DNA of 64,000 bases from a virus. Taxonomy: Duplodnaviria; Caudoviricetes. The translations under genes and the position numbers were made by a program. This document shows positions 26,293-35,956 of this stretch, in pieces. The notes beneath the pieces were generated by a model. That model made no database searches. It was not told where the DNA came from and saw only the letters and a list, made by a program, of their open reading frames with translations. The DNA is taken from positions 20,925 through 84,924 of IMG/VR virus record IMGVR_UViG_3300001868_000007; one strand, written 5' to 3'. Each line of letters starts with the position of its first letter. The first letter of the stretch is position 1.

Positions 26293-27036
26293 GTGGCCGG
26301 ATACAATAACAGTAAACCTCAAGAACCAAACTCATTCGTGGTATTTGACTTCGAGACTGGAGGATTAGATTCAAATAAGAATCCAGCAACAGAGATCGCA
26401 TTAATCGCCATAAAAGGTGACGCTTCGCTAGATGAGATTGGACGTTATCAAGAACTCATTAAACCGTATGACTATGATCTTCAATATGAAGAGAAGGCTG
26501 CGAAAGTCTCAGGGATCACTTTTGAGCTAGTAGAGGACGAAGGTAAAGAGTTGTTCGAGGTAGTTGATAAAATAGTTGAACTGCTGAGATTAGCAAACGC
26601 TACCAACGCTCGAAATAGTCCAGGATTACGTCCAGTATTAGTTGGTCACAATGTAGGATTCGATATCAACTTCCTTCACTCCATCTTTGATTATCGCTTC
26701 AAAAACGAAAAGAAAACAAACGGACAAGATCAACTTGAATCACTGCTACACGGTCGAAGAGATCACTTTGGTAATTTCAGTCCATCATCTATCGATACTT
26801 GGTCCTTAGGTAAGATGTGGTTCGGAGGAGATCAAGAGCTACCAAATTTCCAACTTGGAACCTTAGTAGAGAAAGCTGGTGTAGAACTAAGTGACGCTCA
26901 CAGAGCGATGAATGACGTTATCGCCACTACAGATCTATTGAGAACAGTAATAAGAAACTTGAGAAGCGGATATGGTCTTGGAGAAGGGTCAAACAGCTTC
27001 CGAGCAAAAAGAGAGGGATTTCAATTTCCAATTTAA
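26293..27036 (+). CDS. DEDDh 3'-5' exonuclease (DnaQ/RNase T-like)
   Basis: VFDFETGGL, VGHNVGFD, HRAMND. Confidence 0.9.
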   Translation: MAGYNNSKPQEPNSFVVFDFETGGLDSNKNPATEIALIAIKGDASLDEIGRYQELIKPYDYDLQYEEKAAKVSGITFELVEDEGKELFEVVDKIVELLRLANATNARNSPGLRPVLVGHNVGFDINFLHSIFDYRFKNEKKTNGQDQLESLLHGRRDHFGNFSPSSIDTWSLGKMWFGGDQELPNFQLGTLVEKAGVELSDAHRAMNDVIATTDLLRTVIRNLRSGYGLGEGSNSFRAKREGFQFPI

Positions 27037-27040
27037 TAAA

Positions 27041-27556
27041 ATGAAGATTGCTAAAATATTCAGCGACGGGGCTGCAAACAATCATCTTGGAAAACCATCG
27101 ATGGGATATGGAGTAGCTGTCTTTTTAGAAGGAGTCTATACTGAAGAATTATGTCGAGCAGTTCATGTCGCTGCAGAGTCAAGAGAAGAGAAATTAACAA
27201 GTAACGTCGCTGAATGGTACGCTTGCATTGAAGCTATGAAAGTAGCAGTAGGATTACGACAAGATGGTTACACAGTATTTGCTTATTCAGACTCTCAAGT
27301 GATTGTAAACCAATTTAACGGCGATTTCTACATTAATAAACCAGAATTCAGAGAAGCATTCACAACAGCTCATCACTATGCTCAGAAGGCAGGAGTATCG
27401 AAAATTAAATGGATTCCTCGAGAAGAGAATCAAGAAGCTGACGATCTTTCCAAACTTGGACTATACGGTGAAGATTGGAGAAACAGAAAGAAGAATAAAA
27501 GAAAAGCAAAGATTGACCTTCAAAACACAGACGACTGTTGCTTAGTAAAAGTTTAA
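27041..27556 (+). CDS. rnhA: Ribonuclease HI-like protein (start revised from 26972)
   Basis: FSDGA, TSNVAEW, YSDSQVIVNQ, WIPREENQEADDLS. Confidence 0.88.
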   Translation: MKIAKIFSDGAANNHLGKPSMGYGVAVFLEGVYTEELCRAVHVAAESREEKLTSNVAEWYACIEAMKVAVGLRQDGYTVFAYSDSQVIVNQFNGDFYINKPEFREAFTTAHHYAQKAGVSKIKWIPREENQEADDLSKLGLYGEDWRNRKKNKRKAKIDLQNTDDCCLVKV

Positions 27557-27667
27557 AGTCTACTTTTCCAATCCAAAGTTAAAAGAAACATGATTTAAAA
27601 CAACATCAGTAATTCAAAATCAATCAAAGTATGAAAAAGAATTGGTAATTAGTGAATGATTTTCAGA

Positions 27668-27710
27668 ACGGTCGGACCAGTAATCGAAAGATTTATCCGA
27701 CCGTAATTTT
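27668..27710 (+). terminator. Hairpin with GAAA tetraloop
   Basis: ACGGTCGGA/TCCGACCGT 9-bp stem enclosing AATC-GAAA-GATT, then AATTTT. Confidence 0.45.
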
Positions 27711-27734
27711 AAATTCAAATCAATAAATTGCAAA

Positions 27735-28118
27735 ATGGCAGATCAAGAAATTCCAAACCTCACAGACGAGGAAGTAGTAAAAGCTTACATAAGCAATCCC
27801 AAGAACAAAGAGATGCATATAGCGATGGCTTATACTCTTAAAGAAGCTTTCAAAGATAAATGGTTTCGAGTAAAAGAAATCAATCAAAAGACAGGAGTTA
27901 AGAGTTCTCAAGAAGCAGCTCGAATGATGGTTGGACTTCAATTATTTGGATTATGTACATCAAGAGAATACAAAGGAGAAGCTCAATTCAAAATCACTCT
28001 CACTATTGAGGAAAAATTGAAGGTCCTGGAGGGATACAAGCAAAATCACATCAAACAGATTGAGTTACTTGATCAAGAGATCGAAAAATTGAAATCGGAA
28101 GTAGAAATCGAAAAATAA
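27735..28118 (+). CDS. Hypothetical protein upstream of portal
   Basis: 127-aa ORF with coiled-coil C-terminus. Confidence 0.65.
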   Translation: MADQEIPNLTDEEVVKAYISNPKNKEMHIAMAYTLKEAFKDKWFRVKEINQKTGVKSSQEAARMMVGLQLFGLCTSREYKGEAQFKITLTIEEKLKVLEGYKQNHIKQIELLDQEIEKLKSEVEIEK

Positions 28119-28147
28119 TTTCTTACCTTTACGAAAATTTATCGACT

Positions 28148-29734
28148 TTGGCAAAGCAATCATCAACCCTAGACAGTGTACTTCTACAAGAACAAAAGCT
28201 TCAAATCGAGAAGACTTTAGCTCTTGAAAAAGCGTTCAAATCAAACGATGTGAACGAAATAATGAAGGCTCAACAATATCTTAAAGGAATAGAGAAGAGA
28301 GAGGATATCGATTTCAAATCGATTATCGTCGATCCTCTCGACATGACCACTGCTTTAGGATATAAGCAAAAGCCATATAATCTTAGCTTTGATGTGTTAA
28401 GAGGAATGGGAAGAACTCCAATTGTGAAGGCGATAGTTGAGACCAGAAAAGAACAAATAATGTCTTTCTGTGAGCCTCAATCAAACAAATATGCTACTGG
28501 ATTCGTTATCTCAAAAAAGAAAGGATATAGAGTTCAACAAGATCAAGAAGTCAAACTGACTAAAGCTGAAGAAGCTAAAGTTGACGAGCTCTACTCATTT
28601 ATAATGAATTGTGGAGCGACTGGGAACTACTGGTCACAAGATTCATTCGATGTTTGGGTAAATAAGATCATGGGAGACTCACTTATCCTTGACCAAACCA
28701 CATCGGAGATTATTCGCAACAGACGTGGAGTTCCAGTGAATTTCTTTGCAACAGATGGAGCTACTTATCGCATTGCTGATTCTTACGAACAAGATGATTA
28801 TACAAAGGGAGAAAAAGAAATCTCAGGCTACACTCCATCATACGTTCAAATCTACCAAAGCAAAGTTTTAGCAGAATTCTATCCTTGGGAACTTATGTTT
28901 GGAGTTCGCAATCCTCAAACCGACATTCGATTAAATGGATACGGTAAGAGTGAACTTGAAGATATGATTCAGACTGTTACTGCACTCTTAAACGCTGATT
29001 TCTACAACGCAAACTTCTTTAAAGTAGGATCCGCTCCAAAAGGAATACTTCGTTATTCTGGCAATATAAATCCGAATACAGTCGAAGACTTCAAGCGTCA
29101 ATGGGTAGCTCAAGTAGCTGGTGTACAGAATATGCACAAAATTCCGATGATCAACGCAGATAAGTTGGATTTCATCAATACTCAACAATCAAATAAAGAT
29201 ATGGAGTGGTCTAGATATCAAGAGTTCTTGATAAAGATTACTTGCGCCATGTACAAGATTGATCCATCAGAGATTGGTTTTCCAATGTCAGGATCAGCAG
29301 AGTCACACCCAATGTTTGAAGGCAACAATGAAGCTCGACTACAGTATTCAAAGGACAAAGGATTAAAACCTCTTCTGAAGAGATTACAATTTTGGATTAA
29401 TAAATATCTAATTTCTCAAATAGATCCTGCTTATGAATTCAGATTTGTTGGTATAGAAGGAGAGGTAGATGCTAACACAGAGCTCGATAACGATATTAAA
29501 GGACTACAGAACTTTTCTACATTGAATGAGATTCGTGCAAAACGAAACTTACCGTTGCTTCCAAATGGAGATGTACCATTAAATCCAATGTATATTCAAC
29601 TTATGATGTCATCTATGGAAGGTGGAGAAGAAGGAGGAGGTCAACAACAGGAAGAAGATACTCAGAAAGCTGAAGAAAATAATCCGATAATGAAAGCTTT
29701 AGAGAACGATTTAGAAAAACTTTTATGTGAATAA
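28148..29734 (+). CDS. Portal protein
   Basis: FFATDGATYRI, YG.SELE, PKGIL, F.RQW...V.G..N..KIP, F.IDPSEIGF, TLNE.RA: SPO1/K-type portal. Confidence 0.9.
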   Translation: MAKQSSTLDSVLLQEQKLQIEKTLALEKAFKSNDVNEIMKAQQYLKGIEKREDIDFKSIIVDPLDMTTALGYKQKPYNLSFDVLRGMGRTPIVKAIVETRKEQIMSFCEPQSNKYATGFVISKKKGYRVQQDQEVKLTKAEEAKVDELYSFIMNCGATGNYWSQDSFDVWVNKIMGDSLILDQTTSEIIRNRRGVPVNFFATDGATYRIADSYEQDDYTKGEKEISGYTPSYVQIYQSKVLAEFYPWELMFGVRNPQTDIRLNGYGKSELEDMIQTVTALLNADFYNANFFKVGSAPKGILRYSGNINPNTVEDFKRQWVAQVAGVQNMHKIPMINADKLDFINTQQSNKDMEWSRYQEFLIKITCAMYKIDPSEIGFPMSGSAESHPMFEGNNEARLQYSKDKGLKPLLKRLQFWINKYLISQIDPAYEFRFVGIEGEVDANTELDNDIKGLQNFSTLNEIRAKRNLPLLPNGDVPLNPMYIQLMMSSMEGGEEGGGQQQEEDTQKAEENNPIMKALENDLEKLLCE

Positions 29735-29736
29735 TT

Positions 29737-29976
29737 ATGGAAACAGCAAAATCAAAATTTGGAACATTAAAAACATTTGACTTCTGGAAAGGACTAATCG
29801 TTGCTATTTTAACAGCAGGCATCACTTCTTTAGAAAGCGTTATTAGTTCAGCGACAGACTTTGTTTCTTTCAATTGGCAAGGTGTTGTATTAGCTGCAGC
29901 AGGAGCATTCGTTGCTTATATTATTAAACAATTCATTACGAATTCAGACGGACAGATTCTTAAAAAAGAAAATTGA
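29737..29976 (+). CDS. Holin-like membrane protein
   Basis: Two TM segments, basic termini. Confidence 0.55.
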   Translation: METAKSKFGTLKTFDFWKGLIVAILTAGITSLESVISSATDFVSFNWQGVVLAAAGAFVAYIIKQFITNSDGQILKKEN

Positions 29977-30668
29977 TCATGGGAAAAATAAAAGAATTTT
30001 TGAGTAAGAATTGGTTTCCAGTCATTTTAGTTAGTATATTAGTTTCTCTCGCCTTGTTCAATGCAATAGACAATCATCGATCAAACAAAGCAAAACAACT
30101 TGTAGAACAAACGCAAATCGATCAATGGTGGCATCATTATAAAGATTCTATCGATTTATCTTATTTGAAGATAGATAATATAAAAATTGATAGCATAAAG
30201 AGAGTAGATTCGATCAAAACTGAATTTCATAAGAAAAGAGCCGACGGTCTTCAGGTAGTAGTTAATAGACAAGACAAAACAATCAAAAAACTACAAGGAG
30301 AAGCGAATAATGCTGTAAGTGACTATCAAAGCGATACTACAGTTCATTCTGAGAAATGTGATTCTGCTATCTCAAAACTACAACAAGTTAACGATTCACT
30401 CTACACTCAGACAGACTCTTTGAAAACAGAATGCAAAGATTTGAATCAAGAGGCAGAAGGATACAGTAGACAATTATATGAGTCTAATCTTCAACTCATG
30501 AATAAGCAAAAAGAAATCTTTATAAAAGATGACGCTATATTAGAGAGCGAGAGGATTAGTAAGCAGCTTAGAGATCAAATTAAAAAAGATAATAATTGGT
30601 GGCGTCGAAATGAGAAATGGCTCTATTTGGGTGCTGGAGTGGTAGCAACTGGATTAATTCTCAAATAA
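29973..30668 (+). CDS. Spanin-like membrane-anchored coiled-coil protein
   Basis: N-terminal TM, long coiled coil, hydrophobic C-terminus WLYLGAGVVATGLILK. Confidence 0.55.
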   Translation: MIMGKIKEFLSKNWFPVILVSILVSLALFNAIDNHRSNKAKQLVEQTQIDQWWHHYKDSIDLSYLKIDNIKIDSIKRVDSIKTEFHKKRADGLQVVVNRQDKTIKKLQGEANNAVSDYQSDTTVHSEKCDSAISKLQQVNDSLYTQTDSLKTECKDLNQEAEGYSRQLYESNLQLMNKQKEIFIKDDAILESERISKQLRDQIKKDNNWWRRNEKWLYLGAGVVATGLILK

Positions 30669-30907
30669 TGCTTAACAAAGATGGCGACATAGTAGTTGGT
30701 AAATTTTTAGCGACACCTCAGAAGAATGGCACATTTCTCTATAAAGCGAATAATGTACCTACTTCTTTCTCAGTAGTTAAACCAATTCATAAAGAGAAAC
30801 CTCAATATCCCTTAATAGAGCAATACGAAAACGTTGCAAAAGAGAGATATAAAGAGGAGCTTTCCACTACAGTTTTAGATATAGTAAAATTCCTCAAAAC
30901 AATATAA
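30668..30907 (+). CDS. Hypothetical protein (start revised from 30617)
   Basis: TAATG overlap. Confidence 0.5.
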   Translation: MLNKDGDIVVGKFLATPQKNGTFLYKANNVPTSFSVVKPIHKEKPQYPLIEQYENVAKERYKEELSTTVLDIVKFLKTI

Positions 30908-30910
30908 TTT

Positions 30911-31654
30911 ATGCCTAACTTCGAAGAAATTCAAAAAGCTAGAATACTCAATTCTTTCAATATTGACGAGGGATTAAGTGAACTCACCAAAGCCGAAATT
31001 CTTGATATTGAAAAAGGAGGGAAGCGTGCATTAATCGGGGAGAAACGTACCTTTGCAGGAAGGGAATACATCAAAACTACAGACGGTTGGAAGTTTCATG
31101 GGAAAGGAACTGGAGCTAAAGCACAATCTCACATTGCTGGCGCATTAGAGCATCATGTTGGAGAGAAGAAAGAGAGTGAAGAAGTTGGTTCTACACAAGC
31201 GGATTATGGTACATATTTAGATAGATCTAAAGTAACGAAAGAGGATGTTGAGAAATTCGATAACTCTTTGTCAGAAGAAGATCGAAATCTTATTGAAGTA
31301 GCTATGAAGGATTATCGAACTCAAGGAGGAGTTTTCCATTCTCCTGGAGACATATTAGCTTTTAAAAAGAAAACTTTACAAAAAGAATCTACATCTACTC
31401 ACAAAGATGAAGATTCAAAGGAATCTCACGAAAAGAGAGGTTTTAAAGAAGAGTCGGGAGATGAAGATATAACTAGTAAAAGTGAAATTGTTACCGATTC
31501 TTCTGAAAAACAACGACTCAGAAACGGGATAAGAGAGGGTGAAATGATTCTTCAATCTAAGAGATCAGCTACCGGAAGAAAAATGCATGAAGATGAATTA
31601 GGTGCAGTTAGAAGATCTGTTGAAAACTCAAAAAAGAAGTTAGGTGAAAAATAA
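30911..31654 (+). CDS. Putative internal head protein (leader family, KRTFxGREYIK module)
   Basis: EEIQKARILNSF leader; 43-aa module 35/43 identical to a segment of the Nudix protein. Confidence 0.65.
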   Translation: MPNFEEIQKARILNSFNIDEGLSELTKAEILDIEKGGKRALIGEKRTFAGREYIKTTDGWKFHGKGTGAKAQSHIAGALEHHVGEKKESEEVGSTQADYGTYLDRSKVTKEDVEKFDNSLSEEDRNLIEVAMKDYRTQGGVFHSPGDILAFKKKTLQKESTSTHKDEDSKESHEKRGFKEESGDEDITSKSEIVTDSSEKQRLRNGIREGEMILQSKRSATGRKMHEDELGAVRRSVENSKKKLGEK

Positions 31655-31713
31655 AGAAGAATAAACAATCGCAACAAACAAATCGAAAAACTTAATCTTC
31701 AATTATTGAAATA

Positions 31714-32001
31714 ATGGTAAAGAAAGTGTCGAGTTGGTTTGGTGAAAACCAAATAATAGTCGGATCAATAATCACTTTATTGATATATGGGATCGGTCTT
31801 TACATTGCAGTAAGCGATAAAGTTTCAGCAAACACAACCAAAGACGCTGTCTATCAAGAAAAAGTTGATCAGCACGATAAACGAATCAACAGTATCGAAG
31901 CTACACTCAAAGATATCAATGACGCTGTTAATCGTATCGATAAGAATGTAGTTGAGATTAAGACAGAGGTAAAGTATAAAAAGGATAAAGGAGATAAATA
32001 A
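31714..32001 (+). CDS. Holin/antiholin-like protein (TM + coiled coil)
   Basis: One TM followed by coiled coil, directly upstream of endolysin. Confidence 0.5.
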   Translation: MVKKVSSWFGENQIIVGSIITLLIYGIGLYIAVSDKVSANTTKDAVYQEKVDQHDKRINSIEATLKDINDAVNRIDKNVVEIKTEVKYKKDKGDK

Positions 32002-32639
32002 TGAGGTTAATCAAAGATTTTCAAACGAAATACGGATTAGTCCCTGACGGACAAATTGGTAAGAAAACTCTTTTGAAAATCAAAGAGGTTCTGTTAATTC
32101 CAACCATCGAAGCATTATCTCATTATATGGGACAATGTGATCATGAAAGTATGACTTTCACTCAGTTAGTAGAGAATCTTAATTATTCATCTCAAGGATT
32201 ACTTGGAACCTTTGGTAAGTATTTCGACGATAAAACAGCTCCACTCTATCAACGCAATCCTGAAAAGATAGCAAATAGAGTTTACGCTAATCGAATGGGG
32301 AACGGTAACGAAATGAGCGGAGACGGATGGAGACATCGAGGTTTTGGTCCGATTCAATTAACTGGAAAAACAAATCAAGATGCGTTTGCAAAAAAGATTA
32401 GCGATCCACTTATAGTTGATAATCCCTCTTTAATTGCAGCCAAATATGCTTTTGAATCAGCTAAATTTTTCTTTGATGATAGGAGTTTATGGAGTTATTG
32501 TAAAAAAGTAGATGTTGCTTCGATCACTAAAGTATCTAAACTAATCAATCAAGGGAATTTGAAAGCAAAAGGAGATCCAAATGGACTTCAAGAACGTATT
32601 GAGAAAACAAATCATTATTATAAAATTCTAACAACATAA
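32001..32639 (+). CDS. Endolysin, glycoside hydrolase family 19 with N-terminal peptidoglycan-binding motif
   Basis: FQ..YGL.PDG.IG..T; Q..HES...ENLNYS, ANRVYANRMGNG, DGWRHRG.GPIQLTG. Confidence 0.92.
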   Translation: MRLIKDFQTKYGLVPDGQIGKKTLLKIKEVLLIPTIEALSHYMGQCDHESMTFTQLVENLNYSSQGLLGTFGKYFDDKTAPLYQRNPEKIANRVYANRMGNGNEMSGDGWRHRGFGPIQLTGKTNQDAFAKKISDPLIVDNPSLIAAKYAFESAKFFFDDRSLWSYCKKVDVASITKVSKLINQGNLKAKGDPNGLQERIEKTNHYYKILTT

Positions 32640-32644
32640 CGAAT

Positions 32645-32974
32645 ATGAAATCATTAATTTTTACAAACGGAGCAAACATTCGTGTTGAATATGTAGTTGA
32701 TCAATTAGGAACCAACACAGGCAACATCACAGTAATGGAAATCAAAGGTTTGGATACAGCAGAAGAAGCTTTATTCCAGGGTTTTCAAAAACTTCCAACA
32801 AATCTTGCAGCCTTCAAAGCGTTCGCTACAGCGAATCACATGCAACTGACAGAAGCTGATCAAGATGCTTCAACATCGTTGATTAATGCTACCACAACGA
32901 CAACCACTGCAGCTCCAACTACTACGACCACGACTGCCGCTCCTACAACTACTACAACAACTACTGCCGGATAA
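32645..32974 (+). CDS. Putative virion protein with C-terminal poly-Thr tail
   Basis: Ends TTTTTTAAPTTTTTTAAPTTTTTTTAG. Confidence 0.65.
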   Translation: MKSLIFTNGANIRVEYVVDQLGTNTGNITVMEIKGLDTAEEALFQGFQKLPTNLAAFKAFATANHMQLTEADQDASTSLINATTTTTTAAPTTTTTTAAPTTTTTTTAG

Positions 32975-32977
32975 TAA

Positions 32978-33919
32978 ATGTTTCAGCTCACGCCAGAAAA
33001 TACGAACGAACTCCTTAACATCATTGATCGCAATCAATGCGTAATGGTAGCTAAGGAATTTGGACCCAACTTTTTAACGGAGTATGATAAATCACTTCTA
33101 AGCGATTATGGAGTGAAAGTAGATGAATTATACCAATTAGAGAACGATACTGTATTCTCGAGCTTCCATTTCGGCTTATTAAGCGATTCATTGGAAGCGA
33201 TAAGATCTGTTAGCAAAGTAACATATGACGATCTTAAAGAATACATCAAAGGTGGAAATTATATTCCACTAACTGAACAAGAGAAAGCGACCATTAATCA
33301 CATCAAAACTCAAAACCTAAGTTCATTGAAAGGGTTAGGGGGGAAGATTTTCCAAGATGTGAATGGGATACTCGACGACAACTCAAGAACAGCTCAAGAA
33401 GAATTCTTGAAGAGAGAAGTAGTTGAAGGAACACTGAAGAAACAAACAATTCGACAAATTGCTAATGAGATAGCAAGTAAAACAGGAGACTGGAGTCGAA
33501 ATTTTGATCGTATAGTTGAATATATGTCACAATCAGCATTTGAGAGTGGTAAAGCTGCAGCGATTGAAAGACAAGTAAGTGGTGATCCTCTTGTATTTAA
33601 GCGAGTTTTCAATGGTGCTTGTAAAAATTGTATCAGACTATACCTTACAAAAGGATTAGGTAGTGAGCCGAGAATCTTCAAGTTAAGTGAACTAAAAGCG
33701 AACGGAGATAATATCGGAAGAAAAACTGCAGATTGGAAGGCTACTCTAGGAAGTTTGCACCCATTTTGCAGATGTTCACTTCACCACAAAACTCCAGGAT
33801 ACGCTTTTGATCCAAAAACGAACAACTTCAGTATCTACGATGAAAAAGAAAGACCGCAACTTAAAAGAGCTCGTGAAAAAATAAAAGCGATAATAGGTGG
33901 AGTTGAGGTCTGGGTATAA
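32978..33919 (+). CDS. MuF/gp7-like head morphogenesis protein
   Basis: AC..C..LY, HPFCRC motif; located in head module. Confidence 0.8.
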   Translation: MFQLTPENTNELLNIIDRNQCVMVAKEFGPNFLTEYDKSLLSDYGVKVDELYQLENDTVFSSFHFGLLSDSLEAIRSVSKVTYDDLKEYIKGGNYIPLTEQEKATINHIKTQNLSSLKGLGGKIFQDVNGILDDNSRTAQEEFLKREVVEGTLKKQTIRQIANEIASKTGDWSRNFDRIVEYMSQSAFESGKAAAIERQVSGDPLVFKRVFNGACKNCIRLYLTKGLGSEPRIFKLSELKANGDNIGRKTADWKATLGSLHPFCRCSLHHKTPGYAFDPKTNNFSIYDEKERPQLKRAREKIKAIIGGVEVWV

Positions 33920-33941
33920 TTAATTGAACTATCTTTAGAAA

Positions 33942-34268
33942 ATGAAGCTAATCATATTCACAAGACAAGATAATATTGAAGTCAAATTTAAAACCTCTAT
34001 TAAAGATGTTAATAATTTGGATGAGAATTTTGTGATTAGTGATATCAAACTCAACACATATCTTGAACAAAGTCTTTTTTATAGTTTCGATAAGAAACAG
34101 TGGACTTTGAATGAGATGTTGTTTTTCGCAGCAAACAATTTAATGTTAGTTGAGATTTATGATGAAATAGGAATAACTTTATTAAAAACGTATGATTGTA
34201 CTTCAGGAACAGTACCCACAACAACTACCACTACTACAATTTCTACAACTACAACAACCACAGTATAA
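33942..34268 (+). CDS. Putative virion protein with C-terminal poly-Thr tail
   Basis: Ends VPTTTTTTISTTTTTTV; TATCTTTAG box at 33930. Confidence 0.6.
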   Translation: MKLIIFTRQDNIEVKFKTSIKDVNNLDENFVISDIKLNTYLEQSLFYSFDKKQWTLNEMLFFAANNLMLVEIYDEIGITLLKTYDCTSGTVPTTTTTTTISTTTTTTV

Positions 34269-35473
34269 TGTTTCAAAAAACACTAGATAGAATCGGACAA
34301 CTTCTTGCTTTAAAGAAGAATAAAACTCACTACTCTGATTGTGTGATTAGAGATGAGAAAGGTAGAATTTGTTTACTTCATCGATCATATCAAGCTGATT
34401 TTGAACCAGGTAAATGGTGTTTACCTGGAGGACATATCGAAGAAGGGGAAGAACCAATAGTTGCAGCAGCTCGCGAACTTGAAGAAGAAACTGGTTATAA
34501 AGACATACCATTGTCTTATATTGACAAGATTGATCGTAAAGATAGTGTTAGTCTGTACTACGAAGGATTCGTTTGGAGTGGAACAGCAGTTCTTCTTGAT
34601 AACGACGAGCATTATCGAATTCAATGGGTTAGATCAGAAGATCTCGATGATTATGAACTATTATGTGATCTCAAAGATATACTCGCAAAATTACCGTTGT
34701 CTCCAGTTCCTACACTTCCAGAAGTAGCTCCGGCAGGAGAAGATTTATATACTTCGTGGCAAAACAACTTCGCATCATTTGATGAAGGCAAAATCAACGA
34801 AGCAACATTCTTTAAAACTATTGAAATCCACAAAGCTGTCGCTGCTTACGAATTAGTAACCAGAGCTTTTGATAATGACGAAATCACGCCGGAAGAATTC
34901 AGTAGAGTTCATAGAGTCGAAAAAGCAGAAGGATTCGATCAAGCTCTTGAGCTTGCAAAAGAAACTGACACTGAAGTGTTGGAGGATATCGTGAAGGGTG
35001 GAAGAAAAGCTATGATCGGCGAAAAGAGAACTTTTGGTGGCAGAGAATATATTAAGACAGTCGATGGTTGGAAGTTTCATGGGAAAGGAACTGGCTCAAA
35101 AGCTCAAGAGCATGTAAAGAACAGCTCTGAGAAGAAAGAAGATAATTCTGATATTCAAGATAAATTGGATTATTTTAAAGAACTTTCACCAGAAGAGCAA
35201 ACTCAATATCATAAAACTCTTACTGAAAAATGGATTCCTGAAACAGAAGAGAGTCTTAAAAATGCTTCAGGAGCTTCGAAAGAAATCTACGAAAAACAAA
35301 GCAAATTTGAGCAACAACTTCTCTTATCGATTGAAAAAATTATAAAAGATGATAAAGTTGAAAAAATGGACACAGGATCTGTTCCTGGAGCTGAGACAGT
35401 AACTGAAAACGGAAAGTTAGTAAAAAGCGAAGATAAAGAAATAACTAAAGCAGATCATACAAAATGGCTATAA
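34268..35473 (+). CDS. Nudix hydrolase fused to the putative head-cargo module (start revised from 34196)
   Basis: Nudix box GGHIEEGEEPIVAAARELEEETG; internal DIVKGGRKAMIGEKRTFGGREYIK module; TAATG start overlap. Confidence 0.85.
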   Translation: MFQKTLDRIGQLLALKKNKTHYSDCVIRDEKGRICLLHRSYQADFEPGKWCLPGGHIEEGEEPIVAAARELEEETGYKDIPLSYIDKIDRKDSVSLYYEGFVWSGTAVLLDNDEHYRIQWVRSEDLDDYELLCDLKDILAKLPLSPVPTLPEVAPAGEDLYTSWQNNFASFDEGKINEATFFKTIEIHKAVAAYELVTRAFDNDEITPEEFSRVHRVEKAEGFDQALELAKETDTEVLEDIVKGGRKAMIGEKRTFGGREYIKTVDGWKFHGKGTGSKAQEHVKNSSEKKEDNSDIQDKLDYFKELSPEEQTQYHKTLTEKWIPETEESLKNASGASKEIYEKQSKFEQQLLLSIEKIIKDDKVEKMDTGSVPGAETVTENGKLVKSEDKEITKADHTKWL

Positions 35474-35955
35474 TATCAAATAAGGCGATCGAGTTACTCA
35501 ACTACAGAATAGCTCAAGAAGAAGCAAGCTCACGACTATACAAGTCAATGGCAGTATGGTTAGATTACAACGGTTACTCAGGAGCAGCTTCTTTATGGCA
35601 GAAATACTCCGATGAAGAATTAGTTCATGCAGGATTCTCCTACGACTATCTACTCGATTTGAACATCAAACCTACAGTACCGGTAATCGAGAAACCAACT
35701 GGAGAATTCAGAGATTTGCCCCAGATCATAGCTGCCTCTTTTCAGCACGAAGTTGAAATTACAAATCAATGTAAAGTTTTAGCGAAGAGTGTAGCAGATG
35801 AAGACGATTACATGACACTAACCTTAGCTCAGAAATACCTTTCAGAACAGGTGGATGAGCTCAAAAAAACGCAATTCTTAGTAGACCAACTCAACATCTT
35901 TGGAACAGATAAAATCGCTCTACAATTACTCGATACTAAATTAGGAGAGCTATAA
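35464..35955 (+). CDS. ftn: Non-heme ferritin
   Basis: QEEASSRLY.SMA.W......GAA......EE..HA, HE..IT, YL.EQVDE ferroxidase pattern. Confidence 0.88.
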   Translation: MAIISNKAIELLNYRIAQEEASSRLYKSMAVWLDYNGYSGAASLWQKYSDEELVHAGFSYDYLLDLNIKPTVPVIEKPTGEFRDLPQIIAASFQHEVEITNQCKVLAKSVADEDDYMTLTLAQKYLSEQVDELKKTQFLVDQLNIFGTDKIALQLLDTKLGEL

Positions 35956-35956
35956 C

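Noticed and set aside
26972-27040. N-terminal extension of the RNase H ORF overlapping the exonuclease (also track extensions at 34196, 18282, 30617, 40570, 4767, 22377)
   Set aside because: Downstream ATGs that follow or slightly overlap the previous stop and start at the recognisable domain are better starts
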